A DNA stretch of 64,000 nt from Candidatus Dormiibacterota bacterium (GTDB lineage: Bacteria; Chloroflexota; Dormibacteria; Aeolococcales; Aeolococcaceae). Made by a program: the position numbers and the translations under genes. Location: NCBI GenBank assembly GCA_003162415.1, contig PMOL01000017.1, positions 34,532 through 98,531 of the forward strand, given 5' to 3'. Below are positions 35,490 to 43,820 of the stretch, piece by piece. Within the stretch, counting starts at the first letter, position 1, and each line of letters starts with the position of its first letter. The notes under the pieces were generated by a model. That model worked only from the letters and a program-made list of their open reading frames with translations. It was not told the origin of the DNA and searched no databases.

Positions 35490-35518
35490 CTCACAGCAGG
35501 CCGGCGCGCTGAGCCGGC

Positions 35519-36160
35519 CTAGATGATCCCGTGACGCTGCGCCCACAGTGCGGCCTGGACACGGTCCTCGACGCCGAGGCGATCGAAGACCGACCCCAGG
35601 TGCGCCTTGACCGTTTTCTCGCTGATCCCAAGCCGCCAGGCGATCTGCTTGTTGCTCATGCCGCGCCCGACCAGGGTGAGCACGTCAAGTTCGCGCTGGG
35701 TCAGGTCGTCGAGCGGCCGGCGCTTGATCCGATCGCGGAGCAACTCCTTGGCGGCCTTGGGCGACAGCGGCGTATCTCCCTTCGCGGCGGAGCGGATGCC
35801 GTTGAGGAGCTCCTGCGGCTCGGTGTCCTTGAGCAGGAAACCCACGGCTCCGTTGTCGATCGCCTCGACGACCATGTCGTGCTCGGAGTACGAGGTGAGC
35901 ATCACGACCTTGGTCCCGGCAACTGCTTTGAGCATCCTGCGGAGCGCCTCGAAGCCATTCATCCCCGGCATCGAGATGTCCATGAGGACGATGTCCGGGT
36001 GTTCCTCGACGGCATAGGCGACTGCTTCCTCGCCGTCCGACGCAGCGCCGACGACCTTGATGTCGGTGGTCCCGTTGAGGAGGGATGTCAGCCCTCGCCT
36101 CACCAACGGGTGGTCATCGACAATGAGCACTCGAATGGGAGTGGGGTGCGTAACTTCCAC
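35519..36160 (-). CDS. NarL/LuxR-family two-component response regulator (no adjacent kinase)
   Basis: Receiver domain (IRVLIVDDHPLVR, DIVLMDISMPGMNG) plus LuxR HTH (LTQRELDVLTLVGRGMSNKQIA). GTG at 36160. The longer ORF to 36283 adds a non-homologous head. Confidence 0.85.
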   Translation of the reverse strand: MEVTHPTPIRVLIVDDHPLVRRGLTSLLNGTTDIKVVGAASDGEEAVAYAVEEHPDIVLMDISMPGMNGFEALRRMLKAVAGTKVVMLTSYSEHDMVVEAIDNGAVGFLLKDTEPQELLNGIRSAAKGDTPLSPKAAKELLRDRIKRRPLDDLTQRELDVLTLVGRGMSNKQIAWRLGISEKTVKAHLGSVFDRLGVEDRVQAALWAQRHGII

Positions 36161-36214
36161 AGTCGTAGTCCAGCCTAACCGATATCTCTTGCAGTGGAGA
36201 AAGAAGTCGGCGGT

Positions 36215-36300
36215 GGCACCGACCCAGCAGAACCGCGATACACCCGGTGCCGCGGGGAGGGGGAGCCCGCGAGGGTAAACCACTGAACTGGGTCGGCGCC
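36215..36300 (-). promoter_or_regulatory. candidate structured RNA element in the response-regulator leader
   Basis: 13-bp long-range stem (36215-36227 with 36288-36300; one position is G-U only on the minus strand) enclosing a 6-bp CGCGGG/CCCGCG hairpin. Confidence 0.25.
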
Positions 36301-36398
36301 CGCCCGCCTATCAGGGGGACTTGCGTTTCGAAAGAGTTGAATTCCCGTCGCGACGATAGTCAGCCCCAGGCCGTCCCGGCGCCGCTAGGTCGATCGTC

Positions 36399-37766
36399 TT
36401 AAGACCCGTCTCCTCGCCGCGCAATCGCTTCCCTATTGGATTCCAGCCGTTGGGCGACCTGTGCCTCGGCGCCGTGGGTCGAAGGGTCGTAGTACGTCTT
36501 CCCTGAGAGCGACTCGGGCAGGTGCTGCTGCTCCACCACTCCCCCTTCATGGTCATGGGCGTACCGGTAGCCGGTGCCGTAGCCCATGGCGCGGCCGAGA
36601 CCGGTCACGGCGTTGCGGAGGTGCAGCGGGACGGGCTGGTGAAGCGTCTGGGCGACGTCCGCCGATGCGGCGACGTAGGCGCGGAGCACGCTGTTGCTCT
36701 TTGGAGCCGCGGCCAGGTAGAGCGTTGCCTCGGTGAGCGGGAGGAAACCCTCGGGCATCCCGATGAAATGCGCTGCCTGCTGCGCCGCCACGGCAACGCT
36801 CAGCGCCTGCGGATCGGCGAGCCCGATGTCCTCGGCGGCAAGGATCACCAAGCGGCGCGCCACGAAGAGCGGATCCTCGCCGGCCTCGAGCATCCGGGCG
36901 AGCCAGTACACCGCGGCGTCCGGGTCGCTCCCGCGGACCGACTTGATGAAAGCGGAGATCAGCCAGTAGTGCTGATCGCCGGCGCGGTCGTACAGGAGCG
37001 CCGGGTTCTGCAGCGCGCCCTCGATGTCGGCGGCGGTCACTCGCACCACCCCCGATCCGTCCGCAACCGCTGCCTGCACCGCGAGCTCGAGCGAGTTGAG
37101 CGCGATGCGCGCGTCGCCGCCGCAGAGCGTCACGAGCCGGTCGATGGCGTCGGGATCGACAACCACCTGTTGGCCTCCCAGCCCGCGCTCGGCGTCCGTC
37201 AGCGCGCGGTTGATGAGGTTGCGCAGGTCCTCGGCTTCGAGCGCCTCGAGACGGATGACGCGGCTTCTCGAGAGCAGCGCGGCGTTGACCTCAAAGGACG
37301 GGTTCTCGGTGGTCGCGCCGAGGAGCGTCACCGTCGCGTTCTCCACATGCGGCAGCACTGCGTCCTGCTGGCCCTTGTTGAAGCGGTGGATCTCGTCGAT
37401 GAAGAGCACCGTGCGTCTCCCCGTTCGCAGACGCTCGCGCGCTCGCTCGACCACCTTGCGCAGGTCGGCGACGCCGGCGCTCGTCGCGCTCACCGCCTCG
37501 AAGGTTGCATTGCTCGTACCCGCGATGAGCGCTGCAAGGGTTGTCTTGCCGCTTCCGGGCGGTCCCCAGAGGATGAGCGACGGTACCTCCCCCGCGTCGA
37601 CGGCTCTGCGGAGTACGGTTCCAGCACCGATGGCGCGATGCTGGCCGACGAATTCATCGAAGGTCCGTGGCCGCATGCGTGTTGCCAGCGGCGCGTGAGG
37701 GTATGCACCGGACGCGTCCGCCGAGCTGACCGGGTCTGCACCGAAGAGCGAACTCTGCCCGGCCAA
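36399..37766 (-). CDS. rarA: replication-associated recombination protein A (AAA+ ATPase MgsA/RarA)
   Basis: Walker A GPPGSGKTT, Walker B LFIDEIHRFNK, and the C-terminal MgsA domain (YDRAGDQHYWLISAFIKSVRGSDPDAA). Confidence 0.9.
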   Translation of the reverse strand: MAGQSSLFGADPVSSADASGAYPHAPLATRMRPRTFDEFVGQHRAIGAGTVLRRAVDAGEVPSLILWGPPGSGKTTLAALIAGTSNATFEAVSATSAGVADLRKVVERARERLRTGRRTVLFIDEIHRFNKGQQDAVLPHVENATVTLLGATTENPSFEVNAALLSRSRVIRLEALEAEDLRNLINRALTDAERGLGGQQVVVDPDAIDRLVTLCGGDARIALNSLELAVQAAVADGSGVVRVTAADIEGALQNPALLYDRAGDQHYWLISAFIKSVRGSDPDAAVYWLARMLEAGEDPLFVARRLVILAAEDIGLADPQALSVAVAAQQAAHFIGMPEGFLPLTEATLYLAAAPKSNSVLRAYVAASADVAQTLHQPVPLHLRNAVTGLGRAMGYGTGYRYAHDHEGGVVEQQHLPESLSGKTYYDPSTHGAEAQVAQRLESNREAIARRGDGS

Positions 37767-37780
37767 CGCTGAGGGTCCGC

Positions 37781-38746
37781 TCAGCTGCTGGACGGGGGAA
37801 CAGTGACGACCGTCGGCGGCTCGAGCCCCGGCGCATCACCAAGGACGCTGCGCAGCACCTGTGCCGCACCGAGCAGCCCGGCAGTCTCCGCGGGTACGAC
37901 CAGCTTGGCGTTGGGGCTCTCGGCGAACTTCGTCAGCGTGTCCAGCTGGAGAATCGCTACCAGTGTGGGATCCGGCGCGGCAGCCTTGATGGATCCGTAC
38001 ACGGTGGAGATTGCCTGGGCGCGACCTTCCGCCTCGAGGATGGCAGCCTGCCGATTGCCTTCTGCGCGAAGGATCGCCGCCTGCCGCTCGCCCTCTGCCT
38101 GCTTGATCGCAGCCTGCCGGTTACCGTCGGCGATGTTGACAGCGGATTGCTGCTGACCTTCCGATTGGAGGATTCGCGCGCGCTTCTCCTGGTCGGCCTG
38201 CTTCTGCAGGGCCATCGCCTGGAGGATCTGCACCGGCGGCGAGATGTCAACGATCTCGATGCGGTTGATGCGGATACCCCATTTATCGGTGACCTGCTCC
38301 ATCTGCTGCTGCATCGCGGCATTGATCTGCTCGCGCGACGAGAGGGCCTCGTCGAGGCTGACGTTGCCGAAGGCGTTACGAAGCGTGGTTCGGGCCTGCT
38401 GATCGATGGCGACGAGGTAGTCAGACACGTTGAACAGTGCGGCCCTCGGCTCGATCACCTGGCTGAAGATGGTTGCGTTGACTGCGACCGCGACGTTGTC
38501 GCGCGTGATCACGTCCTGACGGTCACCGGTTCGCGGTGTCTCTCGCATGTCGACCCGCAGCAGCTTGTCGATGAACGGCGTGATGATGGTCAGACCGGCC
38601 TGGGATTCCCGCCGAAACCGTCCAAAACGTGTGACCACCCCGGCGAATCCCTGGGGTACGACACGGACCGCGCCGCCGATGAGGATCGCCACGACGATGA
38701 GCAGGACGACGACGATGATCGCCGTGACCAGACCGGTGTTATCCAC
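37781..38746 (-). CDS. SPFH/band-7 (stomatin/prohibitin-like) membrane protein
   Basis: The GTG at 38746 follows AAGGGAGG. N-terminal TM segment, then VRVVPQGFAGVVTRFGRF and an Ala/Gln/Glu-rich coiled-coil tail. Confidence 0.85.
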   Translation of the reverse strand: MDNTGLVTAIIVVVLLIVVAILIGGAVRVVPQGFAGVVTRFGRFRRESQAGLTIITPFIDKLLRVDMRETPRTGDRQDVITRDNVAVAVNATIFSQVIEPRAALFNVSDYLVAIDQQARTTLRNAFGNVSLDEALSSREQINAAMQQQMEQVTDKWGIRINRIEIVDISPPVQILQAMALQKQADQEKRARILQSEGQQQSAVNIADGNRQAAIKQAEGERQAAILRAEGNRQAAILEAEGRAQAISTVYGSIKAAAPDPTLVAILQLDTLTKFAESPNAKLVVPAETAGLLGAAQVLRSVLGDAPGLEPPTVVTVPPSSS

Positions 38747-38750
38747 TGAG

Positions 38751-39209
38751 TCAGCCTCCCTTGGGCGGCGCGACCACGAGCGTGGTGCCGCGCACTTCGA
38801 CGACGGTGACCTGCTGATGCGCAGGGACGCCGCCGGGATTGGTCGTGACCGCCAGCCACTTCTCGTTGAAGAGGCGGGCATGGCCGGGGTGGTTCTCGTC
38901 CCCCACGGGCTCGAGCGTCAGTGCTGCCTGACCGACCAGGTTGTCGGACGCACCGGGCATGGTCAGCTTGGGCCCGAGATGACGCGCCGAGAGACGCGCC
39001 AGAGTCGGTCGCACCGCCAGGGTGCCGACCATCGCCACCGCGGCAGCGACGACTGCCTGCAGCCACACTTCAGTGGGGAACAGCGCAACCACGGTCGCGG
39101 CGAACGCACCCAGCGCAAGGAATAGGGCATAGAACGCCTGAGTGTGGACTTCCATGCCCACGAGGACCAGGCCGGCAAGCAACCAGACCACCCACATCCA
39201 GGAGACCAT
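38751..39209 (-). CDS. NfeD-family membrane protein
   Basis: Three N-terminal TM segments plus a C-terminal OB-like block (GQAALTLEPVG..ARLFNEKWLAVT..VTVVEVRGTTLVV). Classical NfeD-SPFH pairing. Confidence 0.75.
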   Translation of the reverse strand: MVSWMWVVWLLAGLVLVGMEVHTQAFYALFLALGAFAATVVALFPTEVWLQAVVAAAVAMVGTLAVRPTLARLSARHLGPKLTMPGASDNLVGQAALTLEPVGDENHPGHARLFNEKWLAVTTNPGGVPAHQQVTVVEVRGTTLVVAPPKGG

Positions 39210-39238
39210 GCGGCGAGTGTACCCGCCTGATGAAAGGG

Positions 39239-39796
39239 CTACACAGGCGGTTCGGTGGACATCCTTCCGCCCGCCGCTCGGAGCAGCGCCAGAGCGACCA
39301 GGCCACCAAGTGTCGCCCAGGCGGTCAGGCTGATGGCCGCCTGGCTGAAATCGGTTCCGGCCAGCTGTGCGTGGATCAGGAAGATCCCGAACATCGGATA
39401 GGTGAGTCGATGGATCCAGCGCCAGAGGAACGGTCGCATGAGCCGCCGCAGCGCCGACGTCGCCGCGATCAAAACCAGCAGGAGCAGGCTGACCGTTCCG
39501 AGTCCGATGGCGAGTTGCGACCCCGCACCTTCGTTCACGCGAAATGGGATCAGCAGATCGAGCGGGGTGATGCGCGACGTGACGTCGAGGACGAGCGTGC
39601 TCACGTGCACGCCCACGAGTGGCAGCCAGAACCATGTGAGGAACCCGTGCACCGCCACCACCGTGCGGTTGCGCGCCACGGGCGCCAGGTACGCGGTTCT
39701 GATCGCCATGCCGGTGAGCAGCGATGCCGCGAGGACGAAGAACGCCGCCAGCGCGGCGGCACGAGCCGCATACCAGAGGATCAGGTCCGTGCTCAC
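39239..39796 (-). CDS. ferric-reductase-like (FRD/MsrQ-like) transmembrane protein with four conserved-pattern histidines
   Basis: Six hydrophobic segments. In VHGFLTWFWLPLVGVH the two His have 13 residues between them, and in IHRLTYPMFGIFLIH they have 12. The GTG at 39796 lies 1 nt after the ApbE stop. Confidence 0.65.
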   Translation of the reverse strand: MSTDLILWYAARAAALAAFFVLAASLLTGMAIRTAYLAPVARNRTVVAVHGFLTWFWLPLVGVHVSTLVLDVTSRITPLDLLIPFRVNEGAGSQLAIGLGTVSLLLLVLIAATSALRRLMRPFLWRWIHRLTYPMFGIFLIHAQLAGTDFSQAAISLTAWATLGGLVALALLRAAGGRMSTEPPV

Positions 39797-39797
39797 A

Positions 39798-40661
39798 TCA
39801 GGCGGCGCGATCAGTGGCTGGCGACACCACCGCGTGGCATGCGGCACCTCGTTGCTCGAGCCATGAGCGCGCCATGCCTTCGCCGATCAGGCACGCACCC
39901 TTGGCGAGAATCTCGGCATGCAGCGCGGTCTGCGCGACGACGGAGATGGCGGTGATGTCCGTACGCGCCGGCGCCGCCGTGCGCGGGTCGATGAGGTGGT
40001 GCCCGCCGGGCCAGAGCCGCCCCGACGTGCCAGAGGTGGCGACGCCGGCATCGCCAACTGTCACAAAGCGGCCATCACAGAGCGCGACTGCCCAGCCGGA
40101 CCTTCGTGGGCCGGGCCCTCGGGTGCGCACATCGCCACCTAGGTTGATCGCCGCGTTGTCGAAGCGTTCGCACAGGCAGTCTGCAAGCCATCCCTTGCCG
40201 ACACCCCCGAGGTCGATCGCGCAGCCGGGCGCGACCCGTGCCCATCCCTCTCCAACCTCGAGCACAAGCGGCAGAGCAGGGACGTCCTTGCGCGGTCGCC
40301 ACTGGACGCGGGTGGAGGGACCGCGCCGGAGTTCGGTGATCGACCGGTCGTATCCCGCATCGACGAGTGCCGGCAGGCATGCGGCGTTCACCAGGCCGTC
40401 GCTGAACGCATATGCGTCGAGGCAGACGCAGAGCAACTCGGCAAGCAGCGGCGACACCGAGACGCGGGCGCCGGCCGCCGCGTTGAAACGCGAAAGCTCA
40501 CTCCCCGCGTCGAATCTCGTGAGTTGTCGCTCGAACGCATAGGCGTCTGCCACCACAGCGGAGACGTCGCCTTCGGTCGCGTCGCACGCGATGATCTCGC
40601 AGCGGGCGCCGCCGAACGCGGTGAAGACGTGATGGATGTCGGTTCCCGTGCTGCCGCTCAT
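39798..40661 (-). CDS. apbE: FAD:protein FMN transferase (ApbE family)
   Basis: FDAGSELSRFN, AIDLGGVGKGWLAD, INLGGD and GVATSGTSGR..HHLIDPRT motifs. ATGA overlap with the upstream gene. No signal peptide with this start. Confidence 0.8.
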   Translation of the reverse strand: MSGSTGTDIHHVFTAFGGARCEIIACDATEGDVSAVVADAYAFERQLTRFDAGSELSRFNAAAGARVSVSPLLAELLCVCLDAYAFSDGLVNAACLPALVDAGYDRSITELRRGPSTRVQWRPRKDVPALPLVLEVGEGWARVAPGCAIDLGGVGKGWLADCLCERFDNAAINLGGDVRTRGPGPRRSGWAVALCDGRFVTVGDAGVATSGTSGRLWPGGHHLIDPRTAAPARTDITAISVVAQTALHAEILAKGACLIGEGMARSWLEQRGAACHAVVSPATDRAA

Positions 40662-41119
40662 GAGACGTACGTGTTGATGAGTGGCTGTGTCGACGCAGGT
40701 GCCGCGACGACTGACGGAGCGATGGACTGACCGGTGGCGACGCCGCTTCCGGCGCTGTCGCAGGGCGCATAGGTGCCGCTGGCAGACCGGCGCGACGAGC
40801 GCAAGTAGGCTTCGACCTCGAGCCTCTGCGTCGCGCTCAGCGACGCGAGAATGTTTCTGCGCGTGGATGCGGTGGTCGCCTGTTGGAGTTGCCGCGCCAC
40901 CGGTAGCAACGACGGGTCGAGCGCCCCGGCGGTGCCGCCGCACGACGGTGGGATGGTCAGGGCCGCCGAGGCCGATGATGCGCCGTTCACCGGTGGCCGA
41001 AGCGGTGCCGCGACGGGCTGCGGGTCGGTGGCGACCAGAAGACCGCTGACGCCGCAGACCACGACGGCGCCCACGCCGCTGAGCGCCTTCAGCACCCGAG
41101 TGCCGACGACCACTGTCAC
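40658..41119 (-). CDS. 153-aa N-terminally anchored or secreted hypothetical protein
   Basis: The GTG start overlaps the DUF1501 stop (GTGA), and the stop overlaps the ApbE start. Hydrophobic VLKALSGVGAVVVCGVSGLLVA head, with two Cys in the mature part. Confidence 0.55.
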   Translation of the reverse strand: MTVVVGTRVLKALSGVGAVVVCGVSGLLVATDPQPVAAPLRPPVNGASSASAALTIPPSCGGTAGALDPSLLPVARQLQQATTASTRRNILASLSATQRLEVEAYLRSSRRSASGTYAPCDSAGSGVATGQSIAPSVVAAPASTQPLINTYVS

Positions 41120-42351
41120 GCCGTCCGGATGATGGGAAGCTCGGGGAACGATGCGCCGAGCACGGATGTCGGGTCCGCCTGCAGCCAGTCGCGGATGAGG
41201 GTCTGGTAGACGCTGCGAAAGTCGACGTTGTACTGCAGATTGCCGGAGTCGACGGTGCTGGTGAGCGAGGGCTGCTCGCCGAAGACGCCGCCCTTGACCG
41301 GCTTTCCCACAACGAATATCGGCGCGGCGGCTCCGTGGTCGGTGCCTTTGCCGCCGTTCTCGGCCACGCGCCGTCCGAACTCCGACCAGGTCATCAGCAC
41401 GACTCTGTCCGCCATCCCGTGGTTGGCGATGTCCTGCATGAATGCGCTGACAGCACTGTCGACGTAGGCGAGCAGCGCGTTCTGGCGCGTGTCCTCGTCC
41501 TGGTGGGTGTCGAACCCGCCGAGAACGACGTGACAGATCTTCACGCTCGGCTGGGTCACGATCATCTCCGCGGTCAGCTGCAGCGATGTGGCGAGGCTGT
41601 TCTTGCTGCCGTAGACGGTGCTCTGCGGCGTGTAGGTCACCGACGGTGTGTAGCGGCTCTGCGAGTCCGCGAGTGCGGCAATCCCATACTCAGCGGTGGT
41701 CAGCGCCTGGTCGTACAGCGCGCCGTAGATACCTGGCGTCCGCTTGTACAGAGCCGGCGCCCCTACCCGCCGGCCTGCGCCGCCCTGCACCTGGTAGGTG
41801 GGGATCGAATCGATGACGCTCACCGTCGCGTTCTGGGCGAGCAGCTCGGCCGGCGTGCTCGCCTGCCCCAGGGCACATCCGGTGAGCGCGTGTCCCTGAG
41901 CGTTGAGCTGGCCGGCGAGCAGCTTCCCGAGCCATCCCTCGTTCTGTTGCATCGTCGGGTCGGCGTGCTCCCAGATGTAGAGACCCTCGAAGTGGGAGTA
42001 GACGGGATTGGGATAGCCGACGCCCTGCACCAGCGCCACCTCGCCCGCATCGAAGAGCTTCTTCATGCCCGGCATCACCGGGTTGAGGCCGATCTGCGCA
42101 TTCAGAGGCAGGATCTTGGCGGCGGGGATGCCGATCGTTGGTCGCGCCTGAAGATAGGCCGGATCCGCATAGGGAATGACGGTGTTGAGCCCATCGTTGC
42201 CACCCCCGAGCTGAAGGATCACCAGCACGCGGTCGTTGTGAACGTCCTCCATGGTGGCGGCAAATACGGACTTGGCGAAGACCGGTGGCACAGTGATGCC
42301 CACGCCGGTTGCGGTGATGCCGCTCACCATGAAGTCGCGCCGGCTGATCAT
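41116..42351 (-). CDS. DUF1501 domain protein (sulfatase/phosphatase-like fold) with Tat-type leader
   Basis: MISRRDFMVSGITATGVGITVPPVFA leader. LGGFDTHQ and GKGTDHG motifs typical of DUF1501. Confidence 0.85.
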   Translation of the reverse strand: MISRRDFMVSGITATGVGITVPPVFAKSVFAATMEDVHNDRVLVILQLGGGNDGLNTVIPYADPAYLQARPTIGIPAAKILPLNAQIGLNPVMPGMKKLFDAGEVALVQGVGYPNPVYSHFEGLYIWEHADPTMQQNEGWLGKLLAGQLNAQGHALTGCALGQASTPAELLAQNATVSVIDSIPTYQVQGGAGRRVGAPALYKRTPGIYGALYDQALTTAEYGIAALADSQSRYTPSVTYTPQSTVYGSKNSLATSLQLTAEMIVTQPSVKICHVVLGGFDTHQDEDTRQNALLAYVDSAVSAFMQDIANHGMADRVVLMTWSEFGRRVAENGGKGTDHGAAAPIFVVGKPVKGGVFGEQPSLTSTVDSGNLQYNVDFRSVYQTLIRDWLQADPTSVLGASFPELPIIRTA

Positions 42352-42362
42352 GTTTGTCTGCC

Positions 42363-43820
42363 TCACTTGAGCTGAAATTCGGGGCTGGCGAGCAGCGCAT
42401 ACCACCGATCGCCGTCGCTCTGGCTCGCGTTGAAGACGGCCGCGGTGTCCGGTCCCACGACGCCGTCGACTTGCACATGGATCGCATCCACCGGGTCGGG
42501 AAAACTTCCCTGAGTGGCGACGACCCGGTTCGCGAAGTTGAGACGCGCCAGCCACGCTCCCGAGGAGACCCATCCCTGGTTGGACGGCCAGCCGGCCACG
42601 GTCGGCATGTCGTACAGGATCTGATCCATGCCCGCCCCCGACTGCACGCACGTGGCCGCAAGATCCGGCCTGCTGAGCGCACGCATGGTCGCGACCATGT
42701 AGTCGGCAGGGCCGCGCACCAGCGATCGATACGCGTCCGGAGACGTGAACGCCTCACTGGTGAAGATCGAGCGCATCAAGGTCTTGATGTCGAAGTTGCT
42801 GGTGCGGAACGCAGTCGCCACGGTGTTGATGAGTGATGTCGACGGATTCGGGGTGCAGAACTGCACCAGTGCGCTGCGCGCGATGTGGGGCGCGAACGAC
42901 GGCTGCGACAGGATGATGTCGAACGCCTGAGCGGGATCGAGGTTCCCGGTGTGTCCGAGAAATGTCTTGCTCCCGTTGTCGTGCTGGGTCCTCGCGAGCA
43001 CCCCTTTGAAGGTCGCACCCTGGGCGAGGAGTTGCTCCACGGTCTGGGCGTACGCCGCCGGCGTCGAGCCTTTGAGCTTTGGTGGCTGCATGCGCCGGCC
43101 GGACGCGTCGACCAGGATGGTGCGTATCCCGGAGAAGGCCCGAGCCCCCTCGCGCACATCGGTCTCGGTGTAGTTGCCCACCCCGAGCGTGAACAGCTCC
43201 ATCAACTCACGGCTGTAGTTCTCGTTGGGAGAGGCTGCGGTGCTCTCCTCGAGGTCGAGGTAGCGGATCATCAGCGGGTCGTAGGTGACCGCGTTGATCA
43301 GCGTGCGCAAATCACTCCGTCCGGTGGACCGGTACAGCTCGTTCTGCTGAAGCACAAAGGGCAGGCGCGCGGCCTTCCGGTAGTCGCTGGTGAGCAGACC
43401 GTGCCAGAACAGCGTCATCCGCTCCGGGAATTGCGCCGGCGTCGTCGCCATGTGCGCGTACCAGGCGCTGACGACCGCCTGGTGATTGGTCGGATTCGTC
43501 ACCGATGGCAACGGCTGTGCAGCCTGGTTGACGACCATCTCGACCAGATCCGGGTAGGACATCGCCGCCGCCGCGTCAAGCTCTGCCGGCGTGTAGCCGA
43601 AGGTGGCCCTGCGCAGAAGGTGGGCGGCAAGGCCGCGGGCGCTCGAAAGCGGACTCGCCCACGCGCCGGCAGGCCCCGCTGCCGATGCGACCGGCTGCGA
43701 CCCGCCGGGGAGTTTCAGCGTCAGGTACCGGAAGCCAGCGGCACCGACGACACCCCCGGCCGCGATGCCGAGCACCTGCCGGCGGCTGAGCTTGACATTC
43801 GCGCTGCCCATGGGCGCCAA
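42363..43820 (-). CDS. DUF1800 domain protein with Tat-like leader
   Basis: LSRRQVLGIAAGGVVGAAG leader. FWHGLLTS and NENYSRELMELFTLGVGNYTETDVREGARAFSG blocks typical of DUF1800. Confidence 0.85.
   Translation of the reverse strand: MAPMGSANVKLSRRQVLGIAAGGVVGAAGFRYLTLKLPGGSQPVASAAGPAGAWASPLSSARGLAAHLLRRATFGYTPAELDAAAAMSYPDLVEMVVNQAAQPLPSVTNPTNHQAVVSAWYAHMATTPAQFPERMTLFWHGLLTSDYRKAARLPFVLQQNELYRSTGRSDLRTLINAVTYDPLMIRYLDLEESTAASPNENYSRELMELFTLGVGNYTETDVREGARAFSGIRTILVDASGRRMQPPKLKGSTPAAYAQTVEQLLAQGATFKGVLARTQHDNGSKTFLGHTGNLDPAQAFDIILSQPSFAPHIARSALVQFCTPNPSTSLINTVATAFRTSNFDIKTLMRSIFTSEAFTSPDAYRSLVRGPADYMVATMRALSRPDLAATCVQSGAGMDQILYDMPTVAGWPSNQGWVSSGAWLARLNFANRVVATQGSFPDPVDAIHVQVDGVVGPDTAAVFNASQSDGDRWYALLASPEFQLK

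Noticed and set aside
40733-40759. D-S-A-G-S-G-V-A-T as an ApbE flavinylation site
   Set aside because: It does not fit the canonical Dxx[ST]GA[ST] spacing. I also found no exact motif by eye in the DUF1800, DUF1501 or FRD proteins. I keep it only as a note, not as evidence.
41690-42757. 355-aa minus-strand ORF in an alternative frame of DUF1501/DUF1800
   Set aside because: Arg-rich text that overlaps two genes with strong family motifs.
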